Shown here: piece by piece, positions 57,558-64,000 of the stretch
Layout: every line of letters begins with the position of its first letter
Position numbering within the stretch: position 1 is the stretch's first letter
NCBI GenBank assembly: GCA_963833665.1
Contig: CAWHZA010000062.1
Coordinates: 5,782 to 69,781, forward strand
Length of the DNA: 64,000 nt
From: an uncultured Alphaproteobacteria bacterium
GTDB taxonomy: Bacteria > Pseudomonadota > Alphaproteobacteria > Rhizobiales > Xanthobacteraceae
Direction: 5' to 3'
Position numbers and translations under genes: made by a program
Notes under the pieces: generated by a model
The model's database searches: none
Told to the model about the DNA's origin: nothing
What the model saw: only the letters and a program-made list of their open reading frames with translations

Positions 57558-58442
57558 CGCGACGAGGGCGCGGAGTCCCTCCAGCCCATCGGCGCGTTCA
57601 AGTTGCGCGGCGCGTACCACACGGCGGCGGTCCTCCCGCCCGACGAGCGCGCCCGCGGGCTGATCACGTACTCGTCGGGCAACCACGCGCAGGGCGTGGC
57701 GCGGGCGGCCAGGCTGTTCGGCGTCCCGGCCGTCATCGTCATGCCGTCGGACGCGCCCCCGCTCAAGAAGGCCCGGGTCGAGGCCGACGGCGCCGAGGTC
57801 GTGGTGGTGGGCACCGCGTCCGACGAGCGCAAGCGGGTGGCCGAGCGGATCGCGGCCGAGCGTGGCCTCGCGATCATCCCGCCCTATGACGACCGCCGGA
57901 TCGTGGCCGGCCAGGGGACGTGCGGCCTGGAGATCGCCGAGGACATGCCCGACGTGGCGGTCGTGCTGGTGCCGGTCGGCGGGGGCGGGCTGGCGAGCGG
58001 CGTTGCCGCGGCGATCCGCGCGCTGGCACCCCGGGCCAGGGTGATCGGCGTGGAGCCCGAGCTTGCCGCCGACGCCCGCGAGTCCCTCGAGACGGGGCGC
58101 ATCGTCCGCTGGGAGGCGGAGCGGGTCAGCCGCACCATCGCCGATGGCACGCGCACGCAGTCGCTCGGGCGGCTCAACTTCGCGCACCTGTCAGTGCAGA
58201 TGGACCGTGTGGTCACGGTCTCCGAGGTGGAGATCGCCGCCGGCGTGCGACTGGCCGCCGAGGAGGCGCGGCTCGTGGTCGAGCCCTCGGGCGCTCTGCC
58301 GGTCGCCGCGATGCGGTTCCATGCCCGAGAGCTGGGCCTCGACCCGGCCGACGGCCCGATCGTCGGCGTCGTGTCGGGCGGCAACGTGGACCCCGACCGC
58401 TACCGGGAGTACCTCGCCGCGTCGGTGCCGCCGGAGGGCTGA
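57558..58442 (+). pseudogene. PLP-dependent threonine/serine dehydratase, 5'-truncated
   Basis: The open frame begins right after an in-frame TAG (57555-57557) with ...ESLQPIGAFKLRGAY..., then SSGNHAQGVA, VPVGGGGLASG and VVSGGNVD. About 50 N-terminal residues are missing. Third codon positions are almost all G/C. Confidence 0.8.
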
Positions 58443-59420
58443 CCCGCGAGCAGCCGGCCGTCGGCCGTGTCGAGCCGGCGGTCCGCCCGGACCGCCCGCC
58501 GCTCCTCATCGCGCATCCAGGCGATCACGAGCAGCAGCACGATCACGATGAAGATCAGGTCGCCGCCGACCCACATGATCCCGCCGGCGAGCTGCTGGTC
58601 CTGCAGCGCCGTCGAGCCCCAGGTTCGTCCCGCGTCGGCGTAGTGCGGGTAGAGCGGCTCGGGAGCCATGAAGATCGCCAGGGCCAGGAACGTCATCTGG
58701 GGCATCTGGAGGCCCGTGTAGAGGACGCTCGCCGCCGGGCTGAGTCGCCACGGCGCCGGGTTGCGGCCGACCACCGGCAGCCAGAACAGGAGCGCCGACA
58801 CCAGGTACAGCAGGTGCTCGCCATCGTGCACCCAGTTGTTCTCGAGGGACAGCTCGTAGATCGGCGAGAAGTGCGTGCCCCAGAGCACCGCGGCGAACAG
58901 GACCCAGGCCACCGCCGGCCGCGCGAGCACCCGCAGGAGGCGCGAGTGGAGCACCGGGAGGAGCCACCGCCGGCGGATGTCGGGCGTCGCCGCCTGGAGG
59001 GCCAGGGTCACCGGCCCGCCGAGGAGCAGGAGCGGGGGTGCGATCCAGGGTCAGCAGCAGGTGCTGGACCATGTGGTCGCTGAGCAGCGTGTCGTCGTAC
59101 ACGCCGATCCCCGAGTCGAGCGCGACCAGCACGACCGCGACGCCGGCCACGAACGCCGCCGTGCGGGCCGCTGAAACTCCGTGGTCGGGGTGCGCACGGT
59201 TGACGCGACGCACGCACGCCAGCCACAGCGCGAGCGTGGCGATCGCTGGCAGCCACACGGTGGGGTCGAACGCCCAGTCGAGCACGAACGAGGCGGCCGT
59301 GGGGGCGGGGAGGACCCCGGCGTCGTCGGCAAGGGCGACGCGGGCTGCGACGAGCGCGAGCGACAGGCCCATCGAGGCGGCGGGGACGGCGAGGACGATC
59401 CGGCGGGCCACGACGGGCAT
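58400..59420 (-). pseudogene. cytochrome c oxidase assembly factor (CtaG / Caa3_CtaG family), one frameshift
   Basis: N-terminal ORF ...DDTLLSDHMVQHLLLTL joins, after a 1-nt shift near 59040, to IAPPLLLLGGPVTLALQAATPDIRRRW...GTHFSPIYEL...HLLYLVSALLFWLPVVG... Confidence 0.7.
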
Positions 59421-59588
59421 TGTCCCCGATTCCCGGAAATCCGCCCCCGCCGGCGTGTCGACCTTGGGTGCCGAGGGTCACGCCGCCGATGGGCCGTTCG
59501 GACCCCATCACGGCCGATGTCGATATGATGGACGTCGGCTGCGGCTCGGCTCCCGGCGAACCGGCGTGGCCGCCAGCCGGACGGAGAG

Positions 59589-60272
59589 GTGACGATGAGC
59601 GCCGACGCCGCCGCCCTGCCCGCCTCGGCGGGCCATGCGCAGCCGGTCGGCCACGCCGCACGCGGACTGGGCAACCCGGTCCTCGGCATGCTGCTGTTCA
59701 TCACCTCCGAGGTGATGTTCTTCGCCGGGCTGTTCGCCGCCTACTTCTCGATCCGGGCCGGCCACACGGAGCTCGTCAACGGCGTGGCGACGCACGTTTG
59801 GCCGCCCGTCCAGGACACGGGCATCCTGAACCCGTGGCGCCTGACCACCGAGTCGGGGGCGCTCAACGTGATCCTGCCCGCGACGATCACCCTGGTGCTC
59901 TCGTCGTTCGTCTGCCAGTTCGGCCTGCGGGCGATCCGGCGAGGCGACCAACGCACGTTCGTCCGCGCGATCAGCGTCACGCTCGTTATGGGCGTCGCCT
60001 TCCTGCTGCTCCAGGCCTACGACTACACCGTCCTCGTGCGCGAGGGCCTGACGCTGGGCTCCGGCCCGTTCGGAACCACGTACTTCACCCTGACCGGCTT
60101 CCACGGACTCCACGTGCTCGGCGGCACGCTGATGCTCGCCCTCGTGGCCTACCGGGGCCGCGCGCGGCAGTTCAGCGCCCGCCGCCACGACATGGTGGAG
60201 GCGGTGTCGCTGTACTGGCACTTCGTCGATGTGGTCTGGGTTGTCCTCTTCTCGGTGCTGTACTTGGTGTAG
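59589..60272 (+). CDS. ctaE: cytochrome c oxidase subunit III
   Basis: MLLFITSEVMFFAGLFAAYF..., YFTLTGFHGLHVLGGTLMLA, VSLYWHFVDVVWVVLF. Uninterrupted 227-aa ORF. Confidence 0.85.
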   Translation: MTMSADAAALPASAGHAQPVGHAARGLGNPVLGMLLFITSEVMFFAGLFAAYFSIRAGHTELVNGVATHVWPPVQDTGILNPWRLTTESGALNVILPATITLVLSSFVCQFGLRAIRRGDQRTFVRAISVTLVMGVAFLLLQAYDYTVLVREGLTLGSGPFGTTYFTLTGFHGLHVLGGTLMLALVAYRGRARQFSARRHDMVEAVSLYWHFVDVVWVVLFSVLYLV

Positions 60273-60299
60273 CGCACGAGGGCGTGGCGGAAGGCCGGT

Positions 60300-60498
60300 T
60301 CGCGGGGCGTTCGACAACCGCGACAACCTTCCCCACAATCTGGAGATCCGCGACGCGACCGGCAAGGTGCTGTTCGAGGGCGGCATCGTCACCGGACCCG
60401 TCGTCACTGTCAACGACCTCCCTGCCCTCCCCGCAGGCCACTACCCGTTCGTCTGCACGGTCCACCCGGCGATGACGGGGACGCTGACCGTCAAGTAG
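60300..60498 (+). pseudogene. cupredoxin (plastocyanin/azurin-like) C-terminal fragment
   Basis: FDNRDNLPHNLEIRDATGKVLFEGGIVTGPVVTVNDLPALPAGHYPFVCTVHPAMTGTLTVK carries the copper-ligand pattern (H...C..H....M). There is no signal peptide or first half of the domain upstream. Confidence 0.6.
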
Positions 60499-60502
60499 GT
60501 AT

Positions 60503-61016
60503 CGAGCCATTCGCCGTCTGCTCACCCTCCCCGCCGCGGTCCTCGCGATCGCGCTGCTCGTCGCCGCGTGCGGCAACACCTCCGGCCCCCTCCCCGCCGT
60601 GGGCCACCAGGCGCCCGCCATCGCGGGCACCGCGCTCGACGGGTCGGCCGTCAGCCTCGCGGGCCTGCGGGGCCATCCCGTGGTGGTCAACTTCTGGGCG
60701 TCGTGGTGCATGCCCGTGCCGCGACGAGTTCCCGATGTTCCGGGACAAGCTGACGGCCCTCGGCCCCGCCGACGGGCTCGTCGTCCTGGGCGTGCTGTAC
60801 AAGGACGAGGCCGACCTCGCCAAGTCGTTCGTGACCGACTTCGGCGCCACCTGGCCCACGGTCACCGATCCCGACGGGTCGATCGCGGGCGCCTACCGGA
60901 TCACGGCGCCGCCCCAGACGTTCTTCATCGACAAGGACGGCGTCATCCGCGCGATCCAGATCGGCCAGATGACCGCGGACGTCTTCGACACCCAGTACGC
61001 GAAGATCAAGCCGTGA
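60503..61016 (+). pseudogene. TlpA/ResA-type thiol-disulfide oxidoreductase lipoprotein, frameshifted inside the CxxC motif
   Basis: ...LAIALLVAACG (lipobox)...LRGHPVVVNFWASWCMP, then after a 1-nt shift near 60715 CRDEFPMFRDKL...PQTFFIDKDGVIRA. No start codon in frame. Confidence 0.65.
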
Positions 61017-62010
61017 CCGTGCTCGACCCCGCCGACGGCATCGCGGTCCGCGTCAGCGACGTCCGCAAGGCGTACGGCGCCCGCCAGATCCTCTCCGGCG
61101 TGTCCTTCGAGGTGCGCCGCGGTGAGCTGCTCGGCCTGCTCGGGCCCAACGGCGCCGGCAAGACCACGACCGTCGAGATCCTCGAGGGCTACCGCAGGGC
61201 CGATGCCGGCGCCGTGCGCGTGCTGGGCCTCGACCCGGCGAAGGACGGCGACGCGCTGCGGCCGCAGGATCGGGCTGATGCTCCAGGAGGGCGGCATCGA
61301 CAACCGCTCCACGCCGCACGAGGTGCTGCGGCTGTACGCCCGGTTCTACCGGGACCCGGAGGACCCAGACCGATCTGCTCGAGTCGGTGGACCTCGCGCG
61401 CGCCGCCTCCACGCGGTACCGGCGCCTGTCGGGCGGCGAGCGCCAGCGCCTCTCGCTGGCGATCGCGCTGCTCGGGTCGGCCCGAGCTGCTGGTCCTCGA
61501 CGAGCCCACCGCGGGCATGGACCCGGCCGCGAAGCAGGCGACGCGCGAGCGGATCGCCGGGCTGCGCGCTGCCGGCACCACGATCCTGCTGACGACCCAC
61601 GAGCTCGGCGACGTCGAGCGGCTGGCCGACCATGTCGCGGTGCTCGACCGCGGGCGCATCGTCGCGTACGGAACGCCGGCCGAGCTCGACCGGCGCCGGC
61701 GCGCCGCGGGTCCGGTTCCGGCTGTCGGCGGCGCTGTCGGACGGCGACGGCGTGGCGCTCGCGACCGCCGCCGTCGCAGGGGCGCACGCCCCGGATGCAC
61801 GGGTCGTCGGTGCGGGCGTCGGCCACCACTACGAGCTCGAGGGCCTCGCCGACGCGCCCGACCCGGCGCTGGTCGCCCGGCTCGCCGCGTGGTGCGCCGA
61901 GCGCGGGCTGCTGATCACGGAGCTGCGCCTCGGCGCCGCGAGCCTCGAGGAGCGCTACCTCGAGCTGGTGGGCGCGGACGCCGCGGCCGAGGCGGAGGGC
62001 GAGGGCATGA
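61013..62010 (+). pseudogene. ABC transporter ATP-binding protein with several frameshifts
   Basis: GTG overlaps the previous stop. Walker A is GPNGAGKTTT. Later motifs are found in other frames: IGLMLQEGGI, LSGGERQRLSLAIALLG, LLVLDEPTAGMDP, LLTTHELGDVERLADHVAVLDRGRIV. At least three shifts between 61260 and 61700. Confidence 0.7.
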
Positions 62011-62807
62011 GCGCGGCGAACGGATCCCGGCTCCTGGGCGACGCGGCATCGCCCGCGCCGCCGGCGTCGTGGGGCGCGAAGGCGCTCGCGCTGACGGCGA
62101 ACGAGCTGCGCCTGGCGATGCGGCGCAGCGAGAGCCTGCTGATCACGTTCGTCATCCCGGCCGGCGTGCTGCTGGTGTTCTCCGCCTTCGACCTGTCCGG
62201 CGGCACCGCGACCGGCAAGCCGGTGGACCGGATGCTGCCCGGCTCGATGTCGCTCGCGGTCATCGCCGCGTCGATGGTGTCGCTCGCGATCGCGACCGGC
62301 TTCGAGCGCTCGTACGGCGTCATCAAGCGGCTCGGCGGGTCGCCCGCCGGCACGTCGGCGCTGGTGCCGTCCAAGACGGCGGCGGTGATCGTCGTCGAGG
62401 CCGTGCAGATGGTGCTGCTCGTCGGCCATCGCGGTGCGCGCTCGGCTGGACGGCCGGACCCACGGCCTCGCGCCGCTGGTGCTCGCTCGGGCTGGTGCTG
62501 GGCACCGTCGCGTTCGCCGGGCTTCGGGCTGCTGATGGCGGGCACGCTGCGCGCGGAGGCCGACGCTGGCGCTGGCCAACCTGCTGTTCCTGCTCTCGCT
62601 GGTGATCGGCGGCATCGTGCTGCCGCTCGACCGCCTGCCGGCGACGGTCGCAGCGGCGTCCGGGCTGCTGCCCGCGGCCGCGCTGACAAGGTGCTGACGA
62701 TCGGCCTCGGCGGCGCCACCGGCGACGCGACCGAGTCGGTGGTCGTCCTCGCCGTGTGGGCGGTCCTGCTCGCGGGCCTCGCCGCCCGCAAGTTCCGCTG
62801 GGACTGA
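62007..62807 (+). pseudogene. ABC-2 type transporter permease with frameshifts
   Basis: MSAANGS...LTANELRLAMRRSESLLITFVIPAGVLLVFS...SLAIATGFERSYGVIKRLGGSP is readable. The central part is only readable in other frames (LGWTAGPTAS...LVLGTVAFAGL). The tail is ...VVVLAVWAVLLAGLAARKFRWD. Confidence 0.6.
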
Positions 62808-62940
62808 CCGTCAACCACCCGTCGGCCCCGTTCGGCAGGCGCTCGTCGGCCCGAAGGCAGCGAGCCCGGCTCCCCGTGCAGCGATCCGCCGGGCGTCTGC
62901 CGCGAACAAGGGTGAACAGCGACCAGCCCAGAGGTATTCC

Positions 62941-63727
62941 GTGCGCTCCGACACCGCCCGCCAGGCCGTCACCGTCCTGGCATTCCTCCTCACGATCGCC
63001 CTCAATACCGCCGCCACCACGATCCCGCTCGGCGGGCAGGCGACCAACGTGATCAGCGACAGCTTCCACGTGCTACGTGATCCCCGCGGGCTACGTGTTC
63101 GCCATCTGGGGGCTGATCTACACGCTGCTCGGCGCGTTCACGGTCTGGCAGGCGCTGCCCCGAAGCCGAGCGGAGGCGGTCCTCCGCGACCTCGGATGGC
63201 TGCCGGCCCTGAGCGGCGCGCTCAACTCGGTCTGGATCGTCCTGTTCCAGTACCGCGTCTTCGTGCTCACCGTGCCGGTGATCGTGGCCCTGCTGGTCAC
63301 GCTCATCGCGATCCACTTCCGGCTGTGGGCCCACCGGACCGCGCTGCGGGGCCGCGCCTACTGGCTCGTCCGCGCGCCGTGGTCCGTGTACCTGGGCTGG
63401 ATCACCGTGGCCACCATCGCCAACGTCGCGCAGACGCTCTCGTCGCTCGGCTTCGACGGCTTCGGCATCGAGCCCGCCCTGATCGCGGCTTGTGTCCTGC
63501 TCCTCGGGCTCGCGATCGCGGCACGGTTCGTCGGGCGGTTCGGCGACGCCGCGTACGGCTGGGTGATCGTCTGGGCCTACGCAGGCGTGGCTGTGAAGGA
63601 GTGGGCCACCCCGCTGGTGGCAGGCACCGCGCTCGCGGGCGCGCTGCTGGTCGCTGTGCTGGTCGTGGCCGCGATCCTCGGCCGTCGATCCGCGAGGGGT
63701 CCGCGCGGCAGTGCTGCGACGGCCTGA
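62941..63727 (+). pseudogene. TspO/MBR-like tryptophan-rich membrane protein, frameshifted near the N-terminus
   Basis: MRSDTARQAVTVLAFLLTIALNTAATTIPLGGQATNVISDSFHV, then after a shift near 63075 IPAGYVFAIWGLIYTLLGAFTVWQALP...APWSVYLGWITVATIANV. Confidence 0.5.
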
Positions 63728-63804
63728 CGATCGGTACGGCGGCGGCGCCGGGCCGCGGCATCCCCGTGCGGGCGGCTTCCGGCCCATCGCGCTAGCCTGA
63801 GGGC

Positions 63805-64000
63805 ATGACCTCGCGAACGTCGCGCCTCGCGCCGGCTCGCCGTGACGCTCACGGCCGCCGCGATCGCGTTGGCGGGCTGCGCTGCGGGCGCCCCGACACC
63901 CTCGGTGATCATGCTCGACCCCAGCGCCACCCCGGCGCCGATCGGCGTCCGCGACACCGCGTACGACCCGCCCAGGCCGGAGCCGCCACTCCGGCTGACC
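63805..64000 (+). pseudogene. possible SCO/SenC-type lipoprotein, partial at the window end and frameshifted
   Basis: MTSRTSRLAP..., then in the next frame LAVTLTAAAIALAGCAAGAPTPSVIMLDPSATPAPIGVRDTAYDPPRPEPPLRLT (lipobox LAGC). Only the N-terminus is visible, so the family call is weak. Confidence 0.3.

Noticed and set aside
60599-62605. 668-aa ORF on the plus strand, the longest in the window
   Set aside because: Only short stretches are protein-like (TlpA-like start, Walker A region). The rest is Arg/Gly/Ala/Pro-rich read-through produced by very high GC. The real genes (TlpA-like, ABC ATPase, ABC-2 permease) are recovered by switching frames.
61053-62615. 520-aa minus-strand ORF, and similar ORFs at 57920-59083 (+), 59008-59704 (-) and 62323-63069 (-)
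   Set aside because: They are antisense or off-frame to recognisable genes. Their composition is dominated by R, G, A and P with no family motifs, which is typical of stop-poor frames in very GC-rich DNA.

Overview
This high-GC 64-kb window is a mosaic of four blocks.

(A) 1-31.0 kb is accessory DNA of an alphaproteobacterial chromosome, dense in IS elements and pseudogenes. Gene families and a REP-like repeat suggest a Bradyrhizobium/Nitrobacteraceae-type genome; that taxonomic call is inference. The block ends at tRNA-Glu(CUC), 30931-31006. It holds:
- otsA plus an MFS transporter
- an IorA/IorB-type molybdoenzyme
- a LivK-type binding protein
- two intact IS110-family transposase genes
- remnants of IS1182, IS1634 and IS630
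- a 5' fragment of a group II intron
- a resolvase fragment
- a DUF4157 (HExxH) gene
- a small prophage remnant beside the tRNA (terminase small subunit, HGG-motif protein, AlpA-like excisionase)

(B) 31.0-52.1 kb holds intact-looking core genes:
- rluD and rpoH
- a five-gene branched-chain-type ABC importer plus a family III CoA-transferase
- a SAM-cyclase-ATPase-TPR signalling protein with one frameshift
- a POT peptide transporter
- a nitrogen-scavenging cluster: NCS2 permease, cysteine hydrolase, AtzG-AtzE-AtzH and allophanate hydrolase

(C) 52.1-57.4 kb is a lower-GC accessory patch. It has an intact IS3 (IS407-group) element with a 4-bp target duplication, an IS1595 fragment, an orphan SpoU methyltransferase and an ICMT-type methyltransferase.

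(D) 57.5-64.0 kb is abruptly different, very GC-rich DNA. It carries actinobacterial-type cytochrome oxidase biogenesis genes (CtaG-like, ctaE, cupredoxin, TlpA-like, ABC pair, TspO-like, SCO-like), nearly all broken by frameshifts.

I found no rRNA, no CRISPR array and no recognisable complete defence or secretion system, and I could not support any novel multi-gene system.

The points most worth a second look:
- the seam near 57.5 kb, which is either an assembly chimera or a cross-phylum transfer
- the very uneven distribution of frameshifted genes
- a REP-like repeat family whose copies abut two different mobile elements (an IS110 element and a group II intron)
- long non-coding IS110 ends that could encode guide (bridge) RNAs
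- a pair of structured direct repeats in the prophage remnant
- a small Cys-terminated peptide ORF
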